Shown one piece after another: positions 8,739 through 17,519 of a DNA stretch of 41,357 bases (positions are counted from its first letter, which is position 1; every line of letters begins with the position of its first letter). The stretch is from assembly GCA_027081495.1 (NCBI GenBank), contig JALWKJ010000181.1:1-41357 (forward strand), in the 5' to 3' direction. The notes beneath the pieces are model-generated. The model saw only the letters and a list, made by a program, of their open reading frames with translations. It searched no databases and had not been told where the DNA came from. The translations under genes were made by a program, and so were the position numbers. This DNA comes from Campylobacterales bacterium. Its GTDB lineage: Bacteria > Campylobacterota > Campylobacteria > Campylobacterales > QNZT01.

Positions 8739-9103
8739 TTGTATTGGATGCAAACTATATTTTAAGGTTTTTGCTAAACGACAATGAAGCTATGTATGAA
8801 ATATCAAAAAACACTATCATTTCAAATGAATGTTTCATAGATAATGAAGTATTTGCCGAGGTTGTTTTTGTTTTATTGAAAGTTTATAAAGTTCCAAAAT
8901 CAGATATTAGAACTACTTTAGAAAAATTTATATCTTTTAATAATATCCTGTTCAATAGTAAAGAGACCATTATTGGTGCATTAAAAATATTTGATGAAAA
9001 AAACCTTGATTTTGTAGATGCGATATTATGTATAAAATCCCAAAAATATATTGTAAAAACTTTTGATAAAAAACTGAACAAATGTATTGAAAACTATAAA
9101 TAA
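8735..9103 (+). CDS. PIN-domain toxin (VapC-like ribonuclease)
   Basis: 122 aa with acidic PIN residues in the expected order: VLDAN (D5), FAEVVF (E), DFVDAIL (D) and TFDKKL (D). It is translationally coupled to the upstream small gene. Confidence 0.7.
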   Translation: MIVLDANYILRFLLNDNEAMYEISKNTIISNECFIDNEVFAEVVFVLLKVYKVPKSDIRTTLEKFISFNNILFNSKETIIGALKIFDEKNLDFVDAILCIKSQKYIVKTFDKKLNKCIENYK

Positions 9104-9610
9104 ATCCGGGAAATAAGTTATGCAATGTAAAGTTTTATGAAAGTGGAGATTATGGGGTTTCTTTATTTTTCTTATTGACATTTCTTGCCTCCGGACTTGG
9201 TGTGGGCATCAATTTCCAGGAGATAAATAGTATAAAGAGAGGATTGTAGCTATAGAGTTTATTATGTATATGTTACCGATTGGACTTTTAACAGTTTTTG
9301 TTATAGGTTATTTTGCAGTGAAAAATAAGTGGAAGATAGCAGACTTTTTTTAAATCGCTCAGGCTTATCGAGACGGATGGTCGTAATGGATTTTGAAGAA
9401 GCAAAAGCGCTGTTTCACGATAAGACAGTCGTCATCGAGAAGAAAATCTATGAGCAAAATCACACCTGAACATAATGAAAAATTATATAAAGATAGATGA
9501 AAATCTTTGCCGATAAGTTTGACAAAATAAACTAAATGATACAATACTCTTATAGTAAAATATACCAAAGGTTGTTTTATGTATAAACAAAAAATTTCAA
9601 AAGAGTTTTT

Positions 9611-10450
9611 TTGAAAAAAAGCATATCCGTTTTACTTACTATTTTAATGATTTCCTCATGCGGTTCGTCCAATAGCGCAAAAAATAAAACCGATCTTGAA
9701 AATTTAAATTATTACATTCCAAAACCGCTCACTTCTTACAATATAGTTCTCGGCGAAGATAAAATTCCGGATTCATATGACGCCGAGATTGTAGAACTCG
9801 ACTCGGTTGACGCTCCAAAAAAATTGATTGACGAGCTTTTTAAAAAAGGCAAAAAAGTATTTGCGTATGTTTCGGTCGGCTCTTGGGAAAACTACAGAGA
9901 CGATAAAGATGATTTTCCAAAAGATATCATCGGAAAAACTTACCCCGGCTGGGAAGACGAGAAATTTTTAAACATAAAAGCGATCGACAAATTAAAACCT
10001 ATTATGAAAAAGAGATTTGACGATATTTACAAAAAAGGTTTTATAGGGGTCGAAGCCGACAATCTTGATATCTATACCGCCGATATCGGCAAAAACGGCA
10101 CCGGTTTTCATATATCTTTAAAAGATACGAAAAAGTACGCCGATTTTCTCATAAAACTCTCTCATGACAGAAATCTCAGTATCGGACAAAAAAACGCGCC
10201 CGAATTTACGGAAGCTTACGGTGATCTTTTCGACTGGGCTTTACTTGAAGACGCGTTTCATGAAGGGTTTGCGGATAAATTTGAAATCTATACGAAAAAT
10301 AAAAAAGCGGTTTTTGCCATAGAGTACCTTGACAATACCTCAAAAGATAAATTTTTAAAAGAGGTATGCCCAAAAGCGAAAAAACTTAAATTTACCGCTA
10401 TTTTAAAAAATAGAAGTTTAGACGCATTAGAATATAAATGTCCGAAATAG
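9611..10450 (+). CDS. Lipoprotein, glycoside hydrolase family 114-like (endo-alpha-1,4-polygalactosaminidase / PelA-hydrolase-like fold)
   Basis: TTG start. Signal peptide and lipobox MKKSISVLLTILMISSC. YVSVGSWENYRDD...GWEDEKFLNIK...GFIGVEADNLD resembles GH114 (PF03537) conserved blocks. Confidence 0.6.
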   Translation: MKKSISVLLTILMISSCGSSNSAKNKTDLENLNYYIPKPLTSYNIVLGEDKIPDSYDAEIVELDSVDAPKKLIDELFKKGKKVFAYVSVGSWENYRDDKDDFPKDIIGKTYPGWEDEKFLNIKAIDKLKPIMKKRFDDIYKKGFIGVEADNLDIYTADIGKNGTGFHISLKDTKKYADFLIKLSHDRNLSIGQKNAPEFTEAYGDLFDWALLEDAFHEGFADKFEIYTKNKKAVFAIEYLDNTSKDKFLKEVCPKAKKLKFTAILKNRSLDALEYKCPK

Positions 10451-11016
10451 TTTATCAAATCGATAGAAAGATATCCAGAAAAAACACTTACATAGCAATC
10501 AAAAACGACGCCACGATACTCATAAAAACAAATTTTTTCGTCACTAAAAAAAGTATTGATCTTTTTGTAGAAAAAAAGATGGACTGGATACTAAAACATC
10601 AAAACAATATTTTAAAAAGAAAACAAACGCTCGAAAACGGCGTATATATCTTGGGAGTTTTACATAAAAATTGCACTTACACGAAAGAGGAGCTTGAAAA
10701 TATATATGAACAAAAGGCGAAGGAGTTTATATTGAATTTTATAGATATCCATAGCAAAAGAATGCAGCTTTTTCCAAATAAAATCAGCTTTCGCAAAAAT
10801 AAAACCAGATGGGGGAGTTGCAGCGCAAAAAACAATCTATCCTTTAACATCTATCTCGCCAAAACTCCCGTCGAATTTATTGAATATGTAACGATTCATG
10901 AACTAGCGCATATTCGTCATAAAAACCACTCAAAAGAGTTTTGGCGATTTGTCGAAAGTTTCCTTCCCGATTATAAGCGTCGCAAAGCTATAGTTAAAAA
11001 CGGATATTATCTATAA
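10438..11016 (+). CDS. YgjP/DUF45-like M48-family metal-dependent hydrolase
   Basis: RWGSC...HELAHIRHKNHSKEFW (HExxH plus a downstream H/E) is characteristic of the YgjP/SprT-like family. Overlaps the upstream gene by 13 nt. Confidence 0.7.
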   Translation: MSEIVYQIDRKISRKNTYIAIKNDATILIKTNFFVTKKSIDLFVEKKMDWILKHQNNILKRKQTLENGVYILGVLHKNCTYTKEELENIYEQKAKEFILNFIDIHSKRMQLFPNKISFRKNKTRWGSCSAKNNLSFNIYLAKTPVEFIEYVTIHELAHIRHKNHSKEFWRFVESFLPDYKRRKAIVKNGYYL

Positions 11017-12132
11017 AATACTTTTTATCGTCTCCTCTTCTCCCTTTATAAGTTTCGCGTTGTACTTCGTAGTTTCATTTAAAGAGGGCGTATAGTACGC
11101 TTCCCTAACACGATCTTTTATCCATTGATACTCCGCCCAGTTGCCGCCGTTTGATTTGACGACTTTCATCTCCAGTGTGGCGAGATTTGAAACATCTTTG
11201 AGACCGTTAAAAATGTCTGATATAGAAAAATCGTCCGACTTCTCTTTTTTTTCATACTTTTCTTTAAGTCTCTGAGCCTGCTCTTTTTCGACTATTTTAA
11301 CTTTTTTGGCATATGTTATAAATTTCTGAACTTGTTCTTTTGTCAAACGACCGTTTTCGGGCGGAGTAAATATATCATTCGCCGAATCGGTTATAGTTTT
11401 TTGATTATAATCGCCTTTTGACATCGACTCTATATAATCTTGAACGGGATTTTCCGATTTTGTCTCTTTTTTACCGGGAAGATCGATTTTATGCGAGCCG
11501 TTTTGCGAATTTGTCAATATATCTTTATTTATATGAGCGATCATATCTTTTGGTGCGAAAATTCTTCCTATCGTCATATTTATAAGCATAGATACAACAA
11601 TCGCGGCAATTATAAAAAATATAAAATGTTTAACTCTATTTTCGATAGAAACACCCAAAAATTCGGGTATCGCTCGATAGAGCAACACTAAAGAGTATAT
11701 GCCAAGCCCCAAAGAGACGATCCAGCCTACAAAAGGCAAAGCTCCAAAAACCTGTCCGATCAAAGATGGTATGGAGATCAAAAAAAGCATCTTTATCGCT
11801 TGATTTATATCATTTTTACCTCCAAGCACTCCGGCAATATATGCCGCGATAAAACCGAGTATGATCAGCGATATAACAAAAACGATAACAAAACCCGTTA
11901 TTTGGAGCAATGTATCCGTCATAGACGGATATATGGCGCCTATCGCAGGAATGTGAAAACCGAACAGTTTCGTTAAAATTCCGCTGATAATCGCGATAGT
12001 CGCGATTATCGGCAATATAGGATATTTGAGATAATCCTGCCACGATATTTCGTTTGAGAGTTCCTTTTTCCATACGACTTCCGGTTTCATAAGCGCGTTT
12101 AGCGTCATAGTAAACAAAGTATCCTTTTTCAT
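11011..12132 (-). CDS. Multi-pass membrane protein, with a Yip1-like five-TM N-terminal half and a soluble lysine/glutamate-rich C-terminal domain of unknown function
   Basis: Five hydrophobic segments are followed by about 180 aa of hydrophilic sequence. The start is placed at the ATG preceded by AAGGAGAG (12132). The ORF track begins at 12159. Confidence 0.6.
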   Translation of the reverse strand: MKKDTLFTMTLNALMKPEVVWKKELSNEISWQDYLKYPILPIIATIAIISGILTKLFGFHIPAIGAIYPSMTDTLLQITGFVIVFVISLIILGFIAAYIAGVLGGKNDINQAIKMLFLISIPSLIGQVFGALPFVGWIVSLGLGIYSLVLLYRAIPEFLGVSIENRVKHFIFFIIAAIVVSMLINMTIGRIFAPKDMIAHINKDILTNSQNGSHKIDLPGKKETKSENPVQDYIESMSKGDYNQKTITDSANDIFTPPENGRLTKEQVQKFITYAKKVKIVEKEQAQRLKEKYEKKEKSDDFSISDIFNGLKDVSNLATLEMKVVKSNGGNWAEYQWIKDRVREAYYTPSLNETTKYNAKLIKGEEETIKSIL

Positions 12133-12240
12133 CTGCTCTCCTTTTTTTAATACCGACATGGTAATATAGTTAAAATTAACCCAATATTAATAATAAAATT
12201 ATAAAATAAAACTTTATCTTCGAATTTAAAACTAAGGACT

Positions 12241-13008
12241 ATGTTGGATATTTTTCAAGCCGTGATTCTCGGCATTATAGAGGGATTAACCGAATTTCTT
12301 CCCATAAGCTCGACAGGACATCTTATAGTCGCGGCTAACTGGCTGGGAATGAAACAGACCGAAGCAAATGCCGCTTTTGAAGTCATTATACAGCTTGCCG
12401 CCATATTAGCGGTCGTATTTAACTACAAAGATAAGTTTAGTTTTAAAAAGCTCGATCTATGGATTAAAGTTTTTATCTCTTTTTTACCCATCGCTATCGT
12501 AGGGCTGCTTTTTAGCCATCAAATAAAATCTCTTTTTTCCGTTAAAGTAGTTGCGGTTATGTTTATTGTCGGAGGTATAGTATTTTTAGTGCTTGAATAT
12601 TTTTATAAAGAGAAAAACCATACTACAACGCAAGTGGAAAATGTAACTTTTAAACAATCTATCTGGATAGGAATAGCACAGGTTTTTGCCGTCATTCCCG
12701 GTACCAGCAGAGCAGGCTCGACCATTGTCGGCGCGCTTTTAACCGGTCTTTCAAGAAAAGCCGCGGCCGAATACTCCTTTTTACTCGCCATTCCAGTCAT
12801 GGTTGCCGCTAGCGGTCATGATCTCGTAAAACACTATAGCGAATTTTCCGATGCGAATTTTATCGCTTTGGGAGTCGGTTTTATAACCGCGTTTGTAGTA
12901 GCGTATCTGACGATGATGTTTTTTATCAAATTTTTGGAAAAATTCACTTTCGTGGCGTTTGGTATATATCGTATTCTTTTTGGGATACTTTTACTAGTTA
13001 TCATGTAA
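12241..13008 (+). CDS. uppP: Undecaprenyl-diphosphate phosphatase (BacA/UppP)
   Basis: The N-terminus [18 protein letters not shown] and the [10 protein letters not shown] motif are diagnostic. 255 aa. Confidence 0.9.
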   Translation: MLDIFQAVILGIIEGLTEFLPISSTGHLIVAANWLGMKQTEANAAFEVIIQLAAILAVVFNYKDKFSFKKLDLWIKVFISFLPIAIVGLLFSHQIKSLFSVKVVAVMFIVGGIVFLVLEYFYKEKNHTTTQVENVTFKQSIWIGIAQVFAVIPGTSRAGSTIVGALLTGLSRKAAAEYSFLLAIPVMVAASGHDLVKHYSEFSDANFIALGVGFITAFVVAYLTMMFFIKFLEKFTFVAFGIYRILFGILLLVIM

Positions 13009-13016
13009 GGAAAAAG

Positions 13017-13616
13017 ATGCTCCTTGAGATAATAAACTTTATAGTAAATACGGTTGAGAGCTGGGGATATTTCGGTATATTTGCCATGATGTTTCTTGAG
13101 AGTTCGTTTTTTCCTTTTCCAAGCGAAGTAGCGATGATTCCCGCGGGATATCTGGCGTATGAAGGAAAAATGAATATCTTCATCGCCATAGGCGCGGGAA
13201 TCGCGGGCTCGCTTGCGGGAGCTTTGTTTAACTATTTTTTAGCGCTAAAATACGGTAGAGGATTTTTAATAAAATACGGCAAATATTTTTTCGTTACAAA
13301 AGAGACGATAGACAAAATGGAAAAATTCTTTCAAAATCACGGTCATATCTCAACCTTTTCGGGACGACTCATACCGGCGGTACGACAATATATCTCTTTT
13401 CCGGCGGGTCTTTCCAAGATGAATATCAAAGAATTCAGCATCTATACTACTTTGGGCGCGGGTATATGGGTTAGTATTTTAGCGCTTATCGGCTACTTCG
13501 TAGGAAAAAACGAGGAACTGATCCATAAATATACAAAAGAGATAACTATCGTTTTATTGATACTCTTGGCTATCGGTATCTCTTTGTATATTAGAAGACT
13601 CAAATGTAAAAATTAA
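13017..13616 (+). CDS. dedA: DedA-family (VTT-domain) membrane protein
   Basis: [22 protein letters not shown] and [19 protein letters not shown] are typical DedA motifs. The gene begins 8 nt after uppP. Confidence 0.85.
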   Translation: MLLEIINFIVNTVESWGYFGIFAMMFLESSFFPFPSEVAMIPAGYLAYEGKMNIFIAIGAGIAGSLAGALFNYFLALKYGRGFLIKYGKYFFVTKETIDKMEKFFQNHGHISTFSGRLIPAVRQYISFPAGLSKMNIKEFSIYTTLGAGIWVSILALIGYFVGKNEELIHKYTKEITIVLLILLAIGISLYIRRLKCKN

Positions 13617-13667
13617 CTTTAAAATTATATACACTTGATATAATAAGAAAAATATCAAGGGGATTGC

Positions 13668-15125
13668 ATGAAAAAGGGTTTTGAAATAGGATTTTTCAGT
13701 TTTGTTTTGGCGGTTTTCTTAACCGCTTGCGGTGGAGGCGGCAGTGATAATAACAATAAATCGAATTTAGATAATATAACCGTAGATCCTCAGGCATATT
13801 ATGTAGATATAAAAAACGGAAACGACGCAAACGACGGCAGAACCCCCGCAAATGCGTGGAAAACTCTCGATAAAATCAACAAAACACAGTTAAAAGCAGG
13901 AAATAAAATTCTTTTTAGAGCAGGTCAAAAATGGCAGGGGCAGCTCACGATTTCCAAGAGCGGTACAGCAGAGAATCCAATTAGCATTGGTTCTTACGGT
14001 GAAGGTACTGCCCCTGTCATTTCCGCGGTCGGTATCGTTAACATCATGGATAACAACTACAATAACAATGTAGATGACAATGAATGGATTCCATACACCG
14101 CAATAGGAAATGAAGGATTAAGCAAAAAGTATAAAGAAGATGTACCCGACGAAGCAAATACATGGCTTGCCGTAATCTTAGATACCCATCCCAATCGCGT
14201 GAAAATAAACGGTCAGGAAGTACTGGGCGCATTTGACTCTTCAGAGTTAAGCGACAAGGTAAAATGGTCTTATAACAGGGACAAAGACGGTACCGTCTTT
14301 TATTATTACGGTAACGACAAACCTAATCAGATTGAAACAAATCTCTACACTTCCCCGCTTTATATACATGACAACCAATATGTCACGATAAAAGATATTA
14401 CCCTCGAAGGCGGTTATGTAGCGGCTCTTTTCATCGAAAATGCTAATAATATCACGGTCAAAAACATACAAGCCGGAGAAATGTCCAAACAAGGTATCTA
14501 TGTCAAAGCGGAAAACGGCACCTCTAAAAATATCAATATTCAAAACTGTACTATCGATTCCAAATATACGCTTGATTATGCCTTTACGGGAGTGAAAGAA
14601 AAAAACGGCAGAACTACGACAACCAGAGGCGCGCCTGAAGGAATCATGTTTTGGGGCGGCGTACAAGATTCGACAATTTCCGGGAACACCATCAAAAATT
14701 GGACCCATGCCAATATAAATATGAGCGCCGACAACGGCGAATATTTGATAAACAATGAAGTGTTTAACAATACATTGACCGCTCCGGACATCGCATATGG
14801 CGGAAGAATCGGTCTTGACGGTAAAAATGCCGCAAACAATAACTTTCATGACAACACTATTAAAGATATAAAAGCGCCGATTCAATTCAACGGACACGAT
14901 AACAAATTTCAAAACAATTTGGTAACGGATATCAAACAATCGCCGCTAAAACCAGATGAAACGGGTCATGCGATTATTATACAGGCATACTCTTCACCTG
15001 TTTATAATATCACCGTTACAAACAATACATTTAAAAATATCGCCAAAGAGCCCGCTATTTTAGTTTCAGATAATAATAAGTTTGAAATAAAAGACATTAC
15101 TACAAGTCCTAATACCTTTGAATAA
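13668..15125 (+). CDS. Lipoprotein with a right-handed parallel beta-helix (pectate-lyase-fold / CASH) repeats
   Basis: Lipobox LTAC followed by GGGGS. Repeated N/I/T-rich segments of about 22-25 aa (ITVKNIQ..., INIQNCTI..., ISGNTIKN..., FHDNTIKD..., FQNNLVTD..., VTNNTFKN) are typical of beta-helix glycanases and lyases. Confidence 0.65.
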   Translation: MKKGFEIGFFSFVLAVFLTACGGGGSDNNNKSNLDNITVDPQAYYVDIKNGNDANDGRTPANAWKTLDKINKTQLKAGNKILFRAGQKWQGQLTISKSGTAENPISIGSYGEGTAPVISAVGIVNIMDNNYNNNVDDNEWIPYTAIGNEGLSKKYKEDVPDEANTWLAVILDTHPNRVKINGQEVLGAFDSSELSDKVKWSYNRDKDGTVFYYYGNDKPNQIETNLYTSPLYIHDNQYVTIKDITLEGGYVAALFIENANNITVKNIQAGEMSKQGIYVKAENGTSKNINIQNCTIDSKYTLDYAFTGVKEKNGRTTTTRGAPEGIMFWGGVQDSTISGNTIKNWTHANINMSADNGEYLINNEVFNNTLTAPDIAYGGRIGLDGKNAANNNFHDNTIKDIKAPIQFNGHDNKFQNNLVTDIKQSPLKPDETGHAIIIQAYSSPVYNITVTNNTFKNIAKEPAILVSDNNKFEIKDITTSPNTFE

Positions 15126-15167
15126 CCAAAAGCCCCTCTTAATCGATATTAGACTAAAATTACTCCC

Positions 15168-16013
15168 ATGATGAGAGTCGTTTTAGTCTTTTTTGTCTTT
15201 GTCTGCTTTGCTTTTGCAAAAACGGATATTTGCGTATCCATACCTCCGCAAGCGTTTTTTGTCAAAAAGATAGCAAAAGATACGGTAAATTTACATATAC
15301 TCATACCTCCGGGCTCCTCTCCCGCAACTTACGCCCCAAAACCGTCCAAGTTAAAAGAGATCAACAAATGCTCTATCTATTTTACTATTAAAGTGCCCTT
15401 TGAAAAAAACTGGCTTAAAAGATTTTTGAGTATAAACCCTTCTCTAAAAGTAGTCGATACGACTAAATATATCGATAAAATTCCGCTTTCCGACAGCCTC
15501 GGACACGAAAAGCACGACCACGACCATGGAATGCCGGATCCTCATGTATGGCTTGATCCGAAACTCGTTTTAAAGATGGCGAAAATCATACAAACGACTC
15601 TCTCAAAGAATGATCCTAAAAATAGAGAATTTTATGCAAAAAATTTCAAAAATTTCAAAATCGAATTGGCAAAACTTCAAATCAAACTTAAAAAAGACCT
15701 TACTAAACTAAAAAATAGAGAATTTATAGTCTTTCACCCCTCTTTCGGATATTTCGCAAAAGCATTCAATCTAAAGCAGATTGCGATAGAAAAAGGAGGA
15801 AAAGAGCCGAGTCTTAAACAGATAAAAAAAATTATAGATTTTATAAAAGCAAAAAATATAAAAACGATCTTTTTTGAACCCCAGTTTTCTCAAAAATCGG
15901 TTCGCTACATCGCAAAAAAAACCGGCGCTCAAATCGTCGGCGTTGATCCTCTCTCTTATGAATGGGATCAAAACTTGTTACGGATAGCAAAAAGCCTTGA
16001 AAAAGCAGATTGA
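15168..16013 (+). CDS. znuA: Metal ABC transporter substrate-binding protein, Zn-type (ZnuA-like)
   Basis: Signal peptide, cluster-9 SBP fold motifs, and a His/Asp-rich loop GHEKHDHDHGMPDPHVW typical of zinc-specific ZnuA. Confidence 0.8.
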   Translation: MMRVVLVFFVFVCFAFAKTDICVSIPPQAFFVKKIAKDTVNLHILIPPGSSPATYAPKPSKLKEINKCSIYFTIKVPFEKNWLKRFLSINPSLKVVDTTKYIDKIPLSDSLGHEKHDHDHGMPDPHVWLDPKLVLKMAKIIQTTLSKNDPKNREFYAKNFKNFKIELAKLQIKLKKDLTKLKNREFIVFHPSFGYFAKAFNLKQIAIEKGGKEPSLKQIKKIIDFIKAKNIKTIFFEPQFSQKSVRYIAKKTGAQIVGVDPLSYEWDQNLLRIAKSLEKAD

Positions 16014-16731
16014 AATCAGCGTCAAAAACCTCAGCTTCTCTTACGGAGATCATGAGGTACTAAAAAACATCAACTTAGAAATTTACAAGGGGGATTATAT
16101 CGCTTTTATCGGTCCAAACGGCGGCGGTAAAACCACTCTTATAAAACTGCTTTTAGGTCTTATAGAACCAAATTGCGAAAATATAAAAATTTTCGCAAAC
16201 GATGTAAAAACGGCGAGACAAAAGATAGGATATCTTCCACAATATATAAATTTCAACATGGATATGCCCATAAATGTTTTGGATATCGTACTTCAAGGAA
16301 GGCTTACCAAAGGAAAATTTTTTTATACAAAAAAAGATAAAGAGATAGCCCTATCGCAACTCAAAAAGATGAATATATATCACCTAAAAAATAGAAAAAT
16401 AAAAGATCTCTCGGGGGGACAAAGACAAAGGGTGCTGCTTGCAAGAGCGCTTACGAAACAGCCTAAAATTCTTATTCTCGATGAACCGACGGCTTCCATC
16501 GATCCTGAAGGTCAAAAAGATATTTACGCTATTTTAAAAAAGCTTGACTTGACAAAAATCATAGTAAGTCATGATATTCAGGTTCTTTTTGAAGGAGTAA
16601 ACAAAGTAGCGTATATAAATAAAACTCTCTTTTTACATGAAGATATAAATATGACGATCAAACGACATGACGGACACTTTTGCGAAATGGAGCTTATAGA
16701 CTTCATAAAAGGCGATTCATGTACGAATTGA
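15997..16731 (+). CDS. znuC: Metal ABC transporter ATP-binding protein (ZnuC-like)
   Basis: Walker A GPNGGGKTT, signature LSGGQRQR and Walker B ILILDEP. TTG start overlapping znuA. Confidence 0.85.
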   Translation: MKKQIEISVKNLSFSYGDHEVLKNINLEIYKGDYIAFIGPNGGGKTTLIKLLLGLIEPNCENIKIFANDVKTARQKIGYLPQYINFNMDMPINVLDIVLQGRLTKGKFFYTKKDKEIALSQLKKMNIYHLKNRKIKDLSGGQRQRVLLARALTKQPKILILDEPTASIDPEGQKDIYAILKKLDLTKIIVSHDIQVLFEGVNKVAYINKTLFLHEDINMTIKRHDGHFCEMELIDFIKGDSCTN

Positions 16732-17504
16732 TACAAAATCCGATTTTATCCTCGATCTTTTTGTCCATAGCCATCGGTATCATAGGCTCTTTCATGCTTA
16801 TAAACCGTTCCTCTTTCATTGCCGCAGCTATCGCTCATGGAAGTTACGGAGGCATAGGAATCGCCGTATATTTCGGTTTTTCACTTCTTTTTACGACAAC
16901 GCTTTTCGCGCTGTTTTTAGCTCTGATTTTAGCGTATATCACATATAGGAACAAACACAGAAGCGATACTCTCATAGGCGTTATCTGGGCTGTCGGCATG
17001 AGTATAGGAATCATTTTCAGCGATCTTACACCGGGATATCAGGCGGATATGATGAGTTTTCTTTTCGGAGATATTTTGATGGTCCCGATGGAAGATATCT
17101 ACTTTATGATTTGTGTCGATCTTTTACTCCTGCTATCTGTCATACTCTTTTATAACCGTTTTCTTACTATCTCTTACGATATGGATTTCGCACTTTTAAA
17201 CGGTTTAAATGTCAAAGCGATTTACGCATATTTGCTTGTTTTAATGGCTCTGACGATCGTCATGAGCATCAGAAGCGTAGGATTGATACTGGTTATCGCG
17301 CTTTTTAGTATTCCTCCGTTTATCGCCGAAAAGTTTACGACCGATTTCAAAACCATGATGATCGGTTCCGCCTTTTTGGCTCTTGTTTTTTCACTTGCGG
17401 GGCTTTGGATATCTTTTGCGTTTGATATCTCCGCAACCGCATCTATAATCCTCACGGCGGCATTTGCGTTTTTTATGACGATATTATTATCGCCTCACCG
17501 ATAA
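16719..17504 (+). CDS. znuB: Metal ABC transporter permease (ZnuB-like)
   Basis: Multi-TM ABC-3 family permease. The ATG at 16719 (MYELIQNPIL...) overlaps the znuC end. The ORF track starts at 16680. Confidence 0.8.
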   Translation: MYELIQNPILSSIFLSIAIGIIGSFMLINRSSFIAAAIAHGSYGGIGIAVYFGFSLLFTTTLFALFLALILAYITYRNKHRSDTLIGVIWAVGMSIGIIFSDLTPGYQADMMSFLFGDILMVPMEDIYFMICVDLLLLLSVILFYNRFLTISYDMDFALLNGLNVKAIYAYLLVLMALTIVMSIRSVGLILVIALFSIPPFIAEKFTTDFKTMMIGSAFLALVFSLAGLWISFAFDISATASIILTAAFAFFMTILLSPHR

Positions 17505-17519
17505 AAAAAGGAGACTAAA

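Noticed and set aside
9365-9568. 67-aa minus-strand ORF in the post-PIN non-coding stretch
   Set aside because: Its sequence is an implausible hydrophobic, low-complexity one. It overlaps the predicted GH114 promoter and has no RBS. It is retained only as part of the 'unexplained 0.5 kb' finding.
14247-14939. 230-aa minus-strand ORF (plus an 87-aa one) inside the beta-helix lipoprotein gene
   Set aside because: It lies entirely antisense to a 485-aa ORF with a signal peptide, lipobox and regular beta-helix repeats. Its sequence is rich in I/F/V/R, typical of antisense frames of A-rich codons.
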